Assembly (NCBI GenBank): GCA_052327205.1 | Contig: CM126209.1 | Location: forward strand, 60,636,001-60,700,000 | Length of the DNA: 64,000 bases | From: Somniosus microcephalus | Lineage: Eukaryota | Direction: 5' to 3' | Translations under genes and position numbers: made by a program | Notes under the pieces: generated by a model | The model's input: only the letters and a program-made list of their open reading frames with translations | Database searches by the model: none | Told to the model about the DNA's origin: nothing | In this document: positions 36,532 to 49,987 of the stretch, piece by piece | Numbering within the stretch: position 1 is the first letter of the stretch | Layout: each line of letters starts with the position of its first letter

Positions 36532-39500
36532 AACATAGAAACAAAGAAGATAGGAGCAGGAGTAGGCCATTCGGCCCCTCGAGCCTGTTCCGCCATTTAA
36601 CGAGATCATGGCTGATCATCCAAATTCAGTACCCTGTCCCCGCTTTCTCCCCAGATCCCTTTAACCTTAAGGAATATATCTAACTCCTTCTTGAATATAT
36701 TTAATAAGTTGGCTTCAACTGCCTTCTGTGGTAGAGAATTCCACAGGTTCACCACTCTCTGGGTGAAGAAATTCCTCCTCATCAGTCCTAAATGTCTTAC
36801 CCTTTATCCTTAGACTGTGACCCCTGGTTCTGGACTCCCCCACCATCGGGAACATCCTTCCTGCATCTAGTCTGTCTAGTCCTGTTAAAAATTAATACGT
36901 TTCAATGAGATCCTCTCATTCTTCTAAACTCTAGCAAATATAAGCCTAATCGACCCAATCTCTCTTCATACATCATTCCTGCCATCCCAGGTATCAGTCT
37001 GGTGAATCTTCGCTGCACTCCCTCCATGGCAAGAACATCCTTCCTCAGATAAGGTGACCAAAACTGCACACAATACTCAAGGTGTGGTCTCACCAAGGCC
37101 CTGTACAACTGCAGCAAGACATCCTTGCTCCTGTACTCGAATCCTCTCGCTATGAAGGCCAACATACCATTTGCCTTCTTAACCGCCTGCTGCACCTGCA
37201 TGCTTACCTTCAGCGACTGGTGCACAAGGACACCCAGGTCTTGTTGCACTTCCCCTTCTCCCAATCTATTGCCATTCAGATAATAATCTGCCTTCCTGTT
37301 TTTGCCACCAAAGTGGATAACCTCACATTTATCCACATTATACTGCATCTGCCATGCATCTGCCCAATCACCCAACCTGTCCAAATCATATTGGAATTTC
37401 TTGGCATCCTCCTCACAGCACACACGCCCACCTAGCTTTGTGTCATCTGCAAACTTGAAGATATTACATCTAGTTCCCTTGTCTAGATCATTAATATATA
37501 TTGTGAATAGCTGGGGTCCTAGCACCGATCCCTGCGGTACCCCACTAGTCACTGCCTGCCACTCGGAAAAAGACCCGTTTATTCCAACTCTTTGCTTCCT
37601 GTCTGCCAACCAGTTCTCTATCCAAGTCAGTACCTTACCCCCAAATCCCATGTGCTTTAACTTTGCACGCCAATCTCTTATGCGGGACCTTATCGAAAGC
37701 CTTCTGAAAGTCCAAATACACCACATCCACTGGTTCTCCCTTATCTACTCTACCAGTTACATCCTCAAAAAATTCCAGTAGTCAAGCATGATTTACCTTT
37801 TGTAAATCCATGTTGACTTTGTCCGATCCTGTCACTGTTTTCCAAGTGCTCTGCTATTACATCTTTTATAATGGACTCTAGCATTTTCCCCACTACCAAT
37901 GTCAGGCTTACTGGTTTATAATACCCCGTTTGCTCTCTACCACCTTCTTTAAATAGTGGGGTTACATTAGCTACCCGCCAATCCATGAGAACTGTTCCAG
38001 AGTCTATAGAATTTTGGAAGATGACCAGCAATACATCTACTATTTCTAAGGCCACTTCCTTAAGTACCCTAGGATGTAGATTATCAGGCCCTGGGGATTT
38101 ATCGGCCTTCAATGCTGTCAATTTCCCTAACACCATTTCCCTACAAATACTGATTTCATTCAATTCCTCCCTCTCATTAGACCCTATGTTCCCCGACATC
38201 TCTGGGAGGTTATTTGTGTCCTTTGTGAAGACAGAACCAAAGTATGTATTTCATTGGTCTGCCATTTCTTTGTTCCTCATTATAAATTCCCGATTCTGAC
38301 TGCAAGGGACCTACGCTTGACTTCATCAATCTTTTTCTCTTCACATATCTATAGAAGCTTTTACAGTAAGTTTTTATGTTCCCTGCAAGCTTACTCACAT
38401 ATTCTATTTTCCCCCTCTTAATGAATCCCTTTGTCCTCCTTTGCTGAATCCTAAACTGCTCCCAATCGTCAGGTTTGCTGCTTTTTCTAGCCAATTTATA
38501 TGTCCTCTCCTTGGATCTTATGCTATCCCTAATTTTCCTGGTTAGCCACGGTTGAGTCACCTTTGTTTTATTTTTATGCCAAACAGGGATGAACAAATTC
38601 TGTAGTTCATCCATGCGATCTTTAAATGTTTGCCATTGCCTATCCACCGTCAACCCTTTAAGTAACGTTCCCTAATCCATCCTAGCCAACTCGCGCCTCA
38701 TACCATCGTAGTTTCCTTTATTTAAATTCAGGACCCTAGTCTCCGAGTCAACTACTTCACTCTCCATCTTAATGAAGAATTCTATCATATTGTGATCGCT
38801 CTTCCCCAAGGGGCCTCGCACAACATTGCTAATTAATCTTTTCTCATTACATAAACCTAGTCTAAGAAGGTTCCTTGACATATTGGTCCAGGAAACCATC
38901 CCGTAAACACTCTAGGAATTCCTCCTCCACAGTATTGTTACTAATTTGGTTAGCCCAATCTATATGTAGATTAAAGTCACCCATGATAACTGCTGTGCCC
39001 TTATTGCACGCATCTCTAATTTCCCATTTAATGCCATCCCCAACCTCAGCATTACTGTTTGGGGGTCTGTATACAACTCCCACTAATGTTTTCTGCCCCT
39101 TGGTATTCCTCAGCTCTACCCATACAGATTCCACATCATCAGAGCTAATATCCTTCCTATTGTGTTAATCTCCTCTTTAACCAGCAATGCTACCCCACCT
39201 CCTTTTCGCCTGTCCTTCCTGAATATTGAATACCCCTGGATGTTGAATTCCCAGCCTTGGTCACCCTGGTGCCATGTCTCCATAATTCCAATTACATCAT
39301 AACCGTTTATATCTATTTGCGCAGCTAATTCATCCATCTTATTACGAATGCTCCTCGCATTAAGACACAAAGCCTTCAGGCTTGTTTTTGTTGTTGTTTT
39401 TTTTAACACTTAGTCCTTTTAGAATTATTATTTACTGTAGCCGTTTGATTTACACACTTGATTTCTCTGCCGTCCACTTTTGCTTTTCTCCTTCCTGTCT

Positions 39501-40900
39501 GTTTCTATCCTTACTTCCCTTTCTTCTGTCTCCTTGCACAGGTTCTCAACCCCCTGCCATTTTAGTTTAAACCCTCCCCAACAGCACTAGCAAACACTCC
39601 CCCTAGGACATCGGTCCTGGTTCCACCCAGGTGCAAATTGTCCAGTTTGTACTGGTCCCACCTCCCCCAGAACCAGTTCCAATGTTCCAGAAATTTGAAT
39701 CCCTCCCCCTTGCACCATTCCTCTAGCCACGTATTCATCGGAAATATCCTTCTCTTTCTACTGACTCGCACGTGGCACTGGTAGCAATCTTGAGCTTACT
39801 ACCTTTGAGGTCCTATTTTTTAAATTTACCTCCTAACTCCCTATATTCAGCTTTTAGGAACTCATCCCATTTTTTAACCTATATCGTTGGTACCTATATG
39901 CACCATGACAACTGGTTGTTCACCCTCCCCCAGCAGAATGCCCTGCAGCCGCCCCGAGACATCCTTGACCCTTGCACCAGGGAGGTAACATACCATCCTG
40001 CAGTCTCGTTTGCAGCCGCAGAAATGCCTATCTATTCCCCTTACAATAGAATCCCCCATCACTATAGCTCTTCCACTCTTTCCTCCCGTCCTTTGCAGCA
40101 GAACCACCCATGGTGCCAGGAAGTTGGCTGCTGCTGCCTTCCCCCGATAAGCCATTTCCCTCAACAATATCCAAAGTGGTATATCTGTTTGAGGGGGATG
40201 GCCACAGGGACCCCTGCACTACCTGCCTGCGCCTACTACTCTGCCTGGTGGTCACCCATTCCCTTCCTGCCTGTGCAGCCTCTACCTGCGGTGTGACCAA
40301 CTCCCTAAATGTGCTATCCACAATGTCCTCAGCATAGCGAATGCTCCAGTATGTATCCATTCGCAGTTCCGCGCCGCAATGCGGTCTGTCAGTAGCTGCA
40401 GCTGGATACACTTCCCGCACACATGGTCGTCAGGGACACAGGAAGTGTCTCTGATTTCCCATATAGCGCAGGAGAAGCATGCCACGGGGCTGAGCTGTCC
40501 TGCCATGACTTACCCTTTAATTAATTTAAATTAATTTAAATGAAATGAAATCAAATCAAAACCACTAATTACACTACAATTAAATGATATACTCAAGGGC
40601 CCTTGGTTACTAGCACTCCGATGCACAACAGAGACCTTAGAAACTAGAACCACAAAAATTAAGACCTTCTAAATTTTATAAACTATTAATCTTAACTGTC
40701 AAACTATAGAGTAATATAAATACTCACCTGGCTGTACTCACCCAATCAGCTGCTTCCTCTTGCCCGTGTCACTTTTTGAATCGTGACGTGGCTCCGGAAC
40801 GCCGCCGCCAGTCTGAGAGATTGGTAAGCCTCTGAAAGAAAGCCCGCGAAAGTGAGTTTAAGTACTCACTGTACCGCCGCTCTCTGCTCCTCCCGACACC
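36532..40900 (-). mobile_element. CR1 LINE copy D, near full length (5' UTR, ORF1 esterase-like, ORF2), degenerate
   Basis: ORF1 from 40506 (CxxC...CxxC; GDSIVRG, HIGTNDIG, LHL SGNH-esterase motifs, ending AVGEGLN*); ORF2 EN-RT pieces 39409-36902; CATAGAAA tail. The 5' boundary is approximate. Confidence 0.9.
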
Positions 40901-41449
40901 GGCCCAAACGGGAGAATTAATAAGGAAAAACAGCACATTGTCTTACGGTCCTGGCATTAGTCAGCAAAAGTCACAAGTAAAGCTTTCTAATTTCCATTGC
41001 CAATGACAAAAGTATCTAAAAGGCTTGATCAGGTCTCCAAAATTCCTCTGGGGTTCTGCTGGTCGACTGGTGGAACGCCCAGGGAAATGGTGGAGACGGC
41101 CACTGTATCCAGGTGTTGCCTTGCAAAAGGCATAACTTCAGTCTGCTCCTTACAATGGCAAATGATGACAAGATGGTGGCTCATTATGCCAGGAGTTTTC
41201 ATTCCTTAGGTTCACTAGGGACCCAGCATATCAGTGGCGACTGGTACGTTGAGCGAGGCGAGATGTAGTATATCCTAGGGTCTCGGCCAGCCAAGATATC
41301 TGGACCCACTTCCTCAGGATGAGGGGCACATAGTCAATGTCGGGGGAGGACTCTGCGTAACACCCCTCCCTATGGGCAGGCAGAGGCCAAAGTTTCTAGT
41401 GTAAGAAGTCACACAACACCAGGTTATAGTCCAACAGCTTTATTTGAAA

Positions 41450-41486
41450 TCACAAGCTTTCGGAGCGCTGCTCCTTCTTCAGGTGA
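41450..41486 (-). ncRNA. Minimal type I hammerhead ribozyme motif (intact core) in the Penelope pseudo-LTR
   Basis: UCAC-CUGAAGA-A-GGAGC-AGC-GCUCC-GAAA-GC-UU-GUGA: stem I UCAC/GUGA, stem II GGAGC/GCUCC, palindromic AGCU stem III. Confidence 0.8.
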
Positions 41487-42281
41487 AGTGGAGAAATGCA
41501 TAAAGACACAGCTTATATAGTCAGAGAATCATGTCAGATGTTTACAGGTAACCTTTCCAACTGCCATTTATCACACCTCGGCAGAGAGCTAATCACAGCA
41601 AAGGTGTGAATGGTGTCCAAACAGGTCAGTCAGGGAAACATTACATCAAAGAACAATGAGGTGGGGTCACAAGGGGTCAAATATTGCAGATACTGGGGTC
41701 TGTATGAAAAACAAAAAAAAGACAAAAAAACATTTTTTGGCTGGAAATCACAGCAGGTCCGGCCGCATCTGTGTAGAGAGAACAAGCCAATGTCGACTCG
41801 AGTCTGGATGACCCTGCATCAGGTGGGGTTACATGTAGCGTGACATGAACCCAAGATCTCGGTTGAGGCCGTCCTCATGGGTGCGGAACTTGGCTATCAG
41901 TTTCTGCTCGACGATTTTGCGTTGTCGTGTGTCTCGAAGGCCGCCTTGGAGAATGCTTACTCGAAGATCGGAGACTGAATGTCCTTGACTGCTGAAGTGT
42001 TCCCCGACTGGGAGGGAATACTCCTGACTGGCGATTGTTGCGCGGTGTCCGTTCATCCATTGTCGCAGTGTCTGCATGGTCTCGCCGATGTACCATGCTT
42101 CCTTTCCTGCAACGTATGAGGTAGGCAACGTTGGCCGAGTCACATGAGTATGTACCATGTACCTGGTGGGTGGTGTCCTCACATGTGATGATCGTATCTG
42201 TGTTGATGATCTGGCATGTCTTGCAGAGGTTGCTGTGGCAGGGTTGTGTGGTGTCGTGGTCGCTGTTCACCTGAAAGCTGG

Positions 42282-42318
42282 TCTCCTGACAAAGGAGCAG
42301 CGCTCCGAAAGCTTGTGA
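42282..42318 (+). ncRNA. Hammerhead motif copy, mutated (CUGACAA)
   Basis: Same motif at the 5' start of the forward Penelope copy; core change and altered stem I. Confidence 0.65.
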
Positions 42319-42405
42319 TTTCAAATAAAGCTGTTGGACTATAACCTGGTGTTGTGTGACTTCTTACATTTGTCCACCCCAGTCCAACTCCAGCATCTCC
42401 ACACC

Positions 42406-45060
42406 ATGGCTACTATCGACACCACAAACTGCCGGCTCAAAGTGGAGAGGATCTCCAAGAAGTTCGCGCATATCGACACAGACATCAAGTTTCTACAGAG
42501 ATGCAAGAAAGCAGACAAGATCCTGAAAGGACTACAGATCACGAACCCACTCAAGTCGACCTACAACACAGACTACGCTGAGAGACTCTGCCGTCGTACC
42601 TCCCGTACACTCCTCAACCATCTCGTACACCAGCTCTACAGCAGACGCCGCAACCTCGAAACCGAGACGGAGTCCATGTTCTCAGCCTGTGCTCAGGACA
42701 CAGCAGACCAGCTACGAGACACCGCCAAACAGACGAGGCAACGGAACTACGCTGCCTACATGCACACCAAGAACAGGAAGCTTGAGAAACTCGGCATCAC
42801 CAGCAGCAGCAACCAAGCCTCCCCTGGTACCACAGTTGAAACCACAGGGAAGTTCATCTTCAACCTGTCCGACTACACCCTTCAACCAGATGAAATTGAA
42901 GTTCTCAGCCGAGGGCTCAATTTCTGCCCCACCACCAAAATGGACCCCATCCATCTCGCGGCAGACACAGAGGAATTCATCAGGAGAATGAGGCTCCGGG
43001 AACTCTTCCACAAATCCCAAGATGTCAGCAGTGAACCCAATGAGACAATCAATGATCCGGAACAGCAGACAGAGGGATCCGCAGTGCAGCAACCGAAGAA
43101 ATAGTCAAATTGGACCCCTCCGGAGGGTCGCTGCCCTAAGCTTGACATGTATGCTCAAGCTGTCAGGAGATGCATCAACGCCAGATTCATCAGCCGCACT
43201 CACAAGACAGTCCAGAATGTCACCCGAGCACAACGCAACACCATCCAAGCTCTCAAGACCAACCGCAACATCATCATCAAACCAGCAGACAAAGGAGGAG
43301 CCATCGTCATGCAGAACAGAACGGACTATTGCAAAGAAGCATACCGACAACTGGACAACCAGGAACACTACAGACAGTTACCCACAGATCCGACCAAAGA
43401 ACACATCCGCCAACTCAACAGACTGATCAAGACCTTCGATCCAGACCTTCAAAGCATCCTACACGCTCTCATCCCACGTACTCCCCGCGTGGGAGACCTC
43501 TACTGCCTCCCAAAGATACACAAAGCCAACACACCTGGACGTCCTATCGTATCAGGCAACGGAACCCTGTGTGAGAACCTCTCTGGATATGTCGAAGGCA
43601 TCCTGAAACCCATCGTACAGGGAACCCCCAGCTTCTGTCGCGACACTACAGACTTCTTACAGAAACTCAGCACCCACGGACCAGTTGAACCAGGAACACT
43701 CCTCGCCACGATGGACGTCTCGGCACTCTACACCAGTATCCCCCACGATGACGGCATCGCTGCGACAGCCTCAGTACTCAACACCAACAACAGCCAATCT
43801 CCAGACGCCATCCTACAACTCATCCGCTTCATCCTTGACCACAATGTCTTCACCTTCGACAACCAGTTCTTTACCCAAGCACACGGAACAACCATGGGGA
43901 CCAAATTCGCACCCCAATACGCAAACATCTTCATGCACAAGTTCGAGCAAGACTTCTTCGCTGCACAGGATCTCCAACCAACGCTATACACCAGATACAT
44001 CGATGACATTTTCTTCCTATGGACCCACGGCGAAGAATCACTGAAAAGACTACACGATAACATCAACAAGTTCCATCCCACCATCAAACTCACCATGGAC
44101 TATTCCACAGAATCGGTTTCATTCTTGGACACATGAATCTCCATCAAAGACGGACACCTCAGCACTTCACTCTACCGCAAGCCCACGGACAACCTCACGA
44201 TGCTCCACTTCTCCAGCTTCCACCCTAACCACGTTAAAGAAGCCATCCCCTATGGACAAGCCCTGCGAATACACAGGATCTGCTCAGACGAGGAGGAACG
44301 CAATGGACACCTACAGACACTGAAAGACGCCCTCGTAAGAACGGGATATGACGCTCGACTCATCGATTGACAGTTCCGACGGGCCACAGCGAAAAATCGC
44401 ATAGACCTCCTCAGAAGACAAACACGGGACACAACCAACAGAGTACCCTTCGTCGTCCAGTACTTCCCCGGAGCGGAGAAACTACGCTGTGTTCTTTGCA
44501 GCCTTCAACATGTCATCGATGACGACGAACACCTCGCTAAGGCCATCCCCACGCCTCCACTAATCGCCTTCAAACAGCCGCCTAACCTCAAACAGACCAT
44601 CGTTCGCAGCAAATTACCCAGCTTTCAGGACACCACACAACCCTGCCACAGCAACCTCTGCAAGACATGCCAGATCATCAACACAGATACCATCATCACA
44701 CGTGAGGACACCACCCACCAGGTACATGGTACATACTCATGTGACTCGGCCAACGTTGTCTACCTCATACGTTGCAGGAAAGGATGCCCCGGAGCATGGT
44801 ACATCGGCGAGACCATGCAGACACTGCGACAACGGATGAACGGACACCGCGCAACAATCACCAGGCAGGAGTGTTCCCTCCCAGTCGGGGAACACTTCAG
44901 CAGTCAAGGACATTCAGCCTCCGATCTTCGGGTAAGCATTCTCCAAGGCGGCCTTCGAGACACACAACGCAAAATCGTCGAGCAGAAACTGATAGCCAAG
45001 TTCCGCACCCATGAGGACGGCCTCAACCGAGATCTTGGGTTCATGTCACGCTACATGTAA
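42406..45060 (+). pseudogene. Penelope RT plus GIY-YIG endonuclease ORF with in-frame stops
   Basis: KPADKGG, LPKIHK, RPIVS, DVSALYTSIP, GTTMG, RYIDD, CHSNLCKTC, VVY...WYIGET...RMNGH...GLN; stops at 43102, 44134 and 44368, all in one frame. Confidence 0.93.
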
Positions 45061-45407
45061 CCCCACCTGATGCAGGGTCATCCAGACTAGAGTCGACATT
45101 GGCTTGTTCTCTCTACACAGATGCGGCCGGACCTGCTGTGATTTCCAGCCAAAAAATGTTTTTTTGTCTGTTTTTTAGTTTTTCATACAGACCCCAGTAT
45201 CTGCAATATTTGACCCCTTGTGACCCCACCTCATTGTTCTTTGATGTAATGTTTCCCTGACTGACCTGTTTGGACACCATTCACACCTTTGACTGCTGTG
45301 ATTAGCTCTCTGCCGAGGTGTGATAAACGGCAGTTGGAAAGGTTACCTGTAAACATCTGACATGATTCTCTGACTATATAAGCTGTGTCTTTATGCATTT
45401 CTCCACT

Positions 45408-45444
45408 TCACCTGAAGAAGGAGCAGCGCTCCAAAAGCTTGTGA
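45408..45444 (+). ncRNA. Hammerhead motif copy, mutated (GAAA to AAAA)
   Basis: TCAC CTGAAGA AGGAGCAGCGCTCC AAAA GCTT GTGA, followed by AATAAA. Confidence 0.7.
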
Positions 45445-47065
45445 TTTCAAATAAAGCTGTTGGACTATAACCTGGTGTTGTGTGACTTCTTACATTTGTC
45501 CACCCCAGTCCAACGCCGGCATCTCCACACCAAAGTTTCTAGATACATGGAACAGGCAAGTACGAGAGATGCACCTGTAATGATACTTGCACCCATCTGC
45601 CCTATGCCAATTAGATTCCCTTCCATATCACAAGCAGCAGCAGAGGCACTAGTGGTGGCACGATCCTGGCTTAAAAGCCAGCATCACTGAGGAATTTCAG
45701 CACCCAGAACTTTTCACAGAAAGCATCCAGACAGGAACATGGTGAAACAGAACACAAAGGTTATTCCACTCATGGGCAATTGGCCTGATCACCAGAGACA
45801 CATTTGGCAACTTATGAGTATCAATGAGTCTCCACCAGATCCCAATTACAATGTGCCACAATCAAGCTTATGAATTAAGGTGCAGCACAAAATTTCAAAA
45901 GGTGCTTAGTGGTGCTAGTTAATGAGCAACATGATTGTACAGATGGAAGGAGAGGGATAGGCAACATTCCCGTCATGTAGGCTGTGCAGATTGGTCACTG
46001 TATATGAAATGAGGTCTCTGAGTAGACCATCAGAATCTACTATCCTTATTAAACCACCAAAGTAGTAGAAAAGCCTCCTTCTGAGGTCAAAACCCATGTT
46101 GAGCTTAGAGACAGAAAAAATACCTATTACAGGAGAAAAGATTGAAAAAGAGAAAGAGGACAACAAATGTATGCATGAACTGGTCATTCACACAAGTGGG
46201 ATATTGATGACGGTGAATAAGGTGCTCTGATTTTCTCAACATTAAATGAAGATGCAAATGCCTCAGTGCACTACAGACTGTGCCAAGAATAACTGCCAGA
46301 GGGAAAACAAAAATAAATTTTAGTGGAGTGTTATCTTACCCACTGCAGTTTCAATAAAAGTTACTGCAATGCTACACTGTTTAATTGCATTTAAATAAAC
46401 CAGTTTATTTTGTTCGGCAGCGTAATGAGTTTTTATTTAAAAAAGTACAGCCCATAGCAGTTTCGCAGTACCAAGTATTTAATTTGAGGGAAAGATTAGA
46501 TAGTTTGCTTCTGAACATGCAAGATTACAAGTGACATTTCTCAGAATGTTAGAATAGAGTTGCACTTGCTAATCATCACACTGTCCCCAGTCACTTTAGG
46601 ATGATGTGCTGAGCATGGGCTTGCTAATCTCCCCTCCCCTCAGGAAGATCAGTGAGACATTTATCCAGTGCCCAGTTACAGAACAAGACTGATGAAAGCT
46701 TAAGAACCAGTCTCTAGCCTGAGGGAAGTATGTAGCACAGGGAGACTTCACAAATGAGGAAAAAAAATCTAAAATGATCAATAGCTACCTTCCTTTAATT
46801 TTTTTGAATACTTTAACAGAAATAGAAGTACAGTGGAGTCTCCAAATATCAAGGTTGAAGGAACTTGAAAACTATGTTGATGTATCAAAACTTCTGAATA
46901 TTTAAAAACTTTATATGAAATCTTTGATGTATTGAATTTTAAAATAGATACACTACATTTTTCAAAAGGAGATTAAATGCTTGCACACAAGTTCAGTTGT
47001 AGTCTAGAAAGTTTTGATGAATATAAACCATTTCTTTTGTGAGCTGTTCGGTGCTCAAATACATT

Positions 47066-47790
47066 TGGCTCTAATGATACCACAGCTTCTAAAATGTCCT
47101 TTTTCCTCAGCCGAGGATTCCCCTACACGGTGGTAGATAGTGGCCGTAACCGTATCCGTCCCATTTCCCACACTTGCACCCTCATCCCTTCTCCTCTCTC
47201 CCAGAACCATGATAGGGTTCCCTTCCACCTCACCAGTCTTTGCATTAGCTGGATTAACCTCTGCCATTTCCACCACCTTCAATACAATACCACATCTTCC
47301 TCTCCCCCTTCAGCATTCTGAAGGGACTGTGCCCTCTGTGGCAACCTGGTCCACTCCATTATCCCAAACACCTGCTCCCCTTCCACCAGAAGCTTCCCCC
47401 ACAAGTGCAGTAGATGCAACACTAGCCCTTTCCAGTACCACTGTCCAGGGCCCCAAACACTCATTCAGGGTGATGCAGAAGTTTACTTGTACTTCTTCCA
47501 ACCTAATATACTGTATTCACTGCTCACAATGCAGTCAACTCTATACAGGGAGACAAAACACAGATGAGGTGATCGCTTTGCTGAACACTTCTGTTACGTC
47601 CGCAAGTGCGATCTTGAACTTCTGATCACTTGCCACTTTAATTCTCCGTCCGAATCCCACATGGACCTCTCTGTCCTTTGCCTCCTGCACTGTTTTAATA
47701 AAACTCACGCAAGCTCGGGGAACAGCTCCTCATCTTCCTACTATGCACCTTACAGCCCTCTGGCCTTAACATTGACTTTAACAACTTCAG
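47066..47790 (+). mobile_element. Older degenerate Penelope-like fragment (3' part, GIY-YIG region)
   Basis: FFLSRGFP, NHDRVP and FTCTSSNLIYCIHCSQCSQLYTG motifs in shifted frames. Confidence 0.75.
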
Positions 47791-48479
47791 ACTTTAACCA
47801 CATATTCAATTTTCTCTCTGGCAGCAAGTAATGATAATGTAGGATGGGTGCACCAACGCATACAGGAGGGGGGGGGGGGAATGTTGTGGGCTGGTGTTTG
47901 GGATAGGGATTCCCCATCGGTACACAGGGAACCACCAGGGTAGTCGGCTCCACTGGTGTCAACTTGCCTTTTTATTGTCACACTCCCAGGCTACTGGAGC
48001 CTTCTTCGTTTTGCCAGATTTTCCATGCTCACCACCGCCCCCCCAATTTTGATGTAACCATTCACACATCCTCTGGGTCTTAGATAGGTATCTTTTATTT
48101 CTCTAACTTCTCACATTATTGCCCCCTTTTGTCTTACACTATCATTTCTGTTATTTAAAACTTGGTTCTAATGCTGTCACACACTGTCTCACTTGTTCAT
48201 TGTACCTATCCTTACTAACTTTCAAAGGTTCCTGTCTCCCAGTGCTCCAAATTCAAAACCTTTGTTCTTATCTGTAAATCCCTTAATGACCATTCTTCAC
48301 CCTAGCTCTGCAACTTTCTCCAGCCCTATGTCCCAGACTGCATCCTATGGTCCTCCAACTCCCAGGTGTTTCTCACTTGGGTGTCAGAGCTTTCAGCTGT
48401 CTAGATCAACCCTCTGGAACTCTCTCCCTAAATGTCTCTGCTTTGCCACTTCTCAGTCAATTTTTCTAATTGTCCTACT

Positions 48480-49846
48480 GCTTGGCCTTGTATATTTATT
48501 ACATTAAATCTTCAAGTCGTTTTTACCTGATTTACAAAACAATAACCAAGTTTTCATATCGACACCCTCACATTTGCCAAATACAAAGATTTAAAGAAAG
48601 CAAGGTTACATTAAGATTGTTCTCCACAGAGATCAAAATACACTGGAAACAACTACAGCAGCGACACTAAACATATATACCATTAACACTTAAGTTCACA
48701 TACATTTCTAATCATTGTGAAAGCGTAAAAGGCCTCAAGTTAACCTCTGGTTAAGTCCAGATCAAACTGGTACACTGACTCATTGTCTACGCCATTCTTA
48801 ACAAACAGTGAACAAGGCATGAATGAGGCTTCAGTGGAACATTTTTATACTACGCTAGCTCATCACCCGTGCCGTTGCACACAGGGAATCAAGACAAAGT
48901 GTATTAAGTAAATCCAAGTACAAAGTTATCTCGATTTAACATCTACAATTATCTCCAGGTGAAGTACAGATGTAATTCAATTCCTATATTAATAGATTTA
49001 ACAAATAGAAAGAAAAGCTTAAAATAAGCTGGAGTTGTAATATTCCTGAATTAATATTGATCAAGTCTATCATTATAAATTGAATTTGATTTTTCAATGA
49101 TTCCTTCAAATTATTTAATACAGATAAGATATCTGTACCATAAAGTATTGCAGCTGTCAATGTACTCCCATTACTCAATTATTATACATATAAATGTAGA
49201 TACTGAAGAGTGATCAACACATTCAAATTCATGCAATTAGGTCTTTCAACTGAATTTTATTTTCGATCCAAGGAATGCCATGGATTATAATACTCAATTT
49301 CAGAAGTTTTTTTTAAACCCAAGTACAAAGTTATTTCTATTTAACATCTACAATTATCATAGATCTGCAAGTAAATTGAAAGCTATCACTAATACGCAGC
49401 AAAGAATCAGTCAATTTCCACTGTGGAAAAAGTGGAGGAGGTCTGTGTTTTAAATCAAATTCTGGTTGTGCACTCGTGTACAGCAAGTTACTGTATCATA
49501 CATATGTCACATAATGGCATAAATTTCCTTAACTGTAGGAAAATATTTTCCTCAACAACAAGTTCTTTGTTTCCTAAGACATCAAAGAATGTTGCTTCAA
49601 GTATATCTGCTCTGAATAAATGTCTAAATGTAAAACAGTGCAAATAACTAAGCCTGGATAACTATTTGCTCTACTTTTTTCTGAACCAATGGTTTTTGAA
49701 ATATCCATTTTATGCTCGCTCTTTTCAAATGCCTGTATTTACACATTATTCTCAGCATTTAATTATACGTCTCTGAAACTTGCTGAATATCAGCAGAACA
49801 ATCCTGTGACAGTGACATGGCTTAGCTGCGATTATGCAAGTACATT
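48480..49846 (-). other. BTAF1: Probable BTAF1 3' UTR
   Basis: AT-rich unique sequence after the stop codon; candidate AATAAA at 48500-48495. The end point is inferred. Confidence 0.5.
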
Positions 49847-49987
49847 TTATTTCAGCGAATGCATGAAATTATCCAAGTTATATTCTGTGTCATATTGTTG
49901 CTGATCCCAAAGTTCTCCAAGGTTTTCCAAGATTGCTTTCACAGATGACTTCTCAGTGGATCCCGATCCCTTATCTTCTTGGCCATC
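49847..49987 (-). CDS. BTAF1: BTAF1 (Mot1, TBP-associated SNF2 ATPase) last coding exon
   Basis: AG|DGQEDKGS...ILENLGELWDQQQYDTEYNLDNFMHSLK*. Confidence 0.93.
   Translation of the reverse strand, partial: DGQEDKGSGSTEKSSVKAILENLGELWDQQQYDTEYNLDNFMHSLK

Larger units (their letters stand above)
41400..45529 (+). mobile_element. Penelope-like retroelement (Neptune-type Cys linker) with an inverted 5' partial copy
   Basis: Forward copy ~42282-45529; inverted copy of its 3' end at 41400-42281; TSD CCAAAGTTTCTAG (41387-41399, 45530-45542). Confidence 0.93.

Noticed and set aside
40990-41386. Old LINE-like remnant continuing at ~45543-45900
   Set aside because: Too degenerate to assign to a family.
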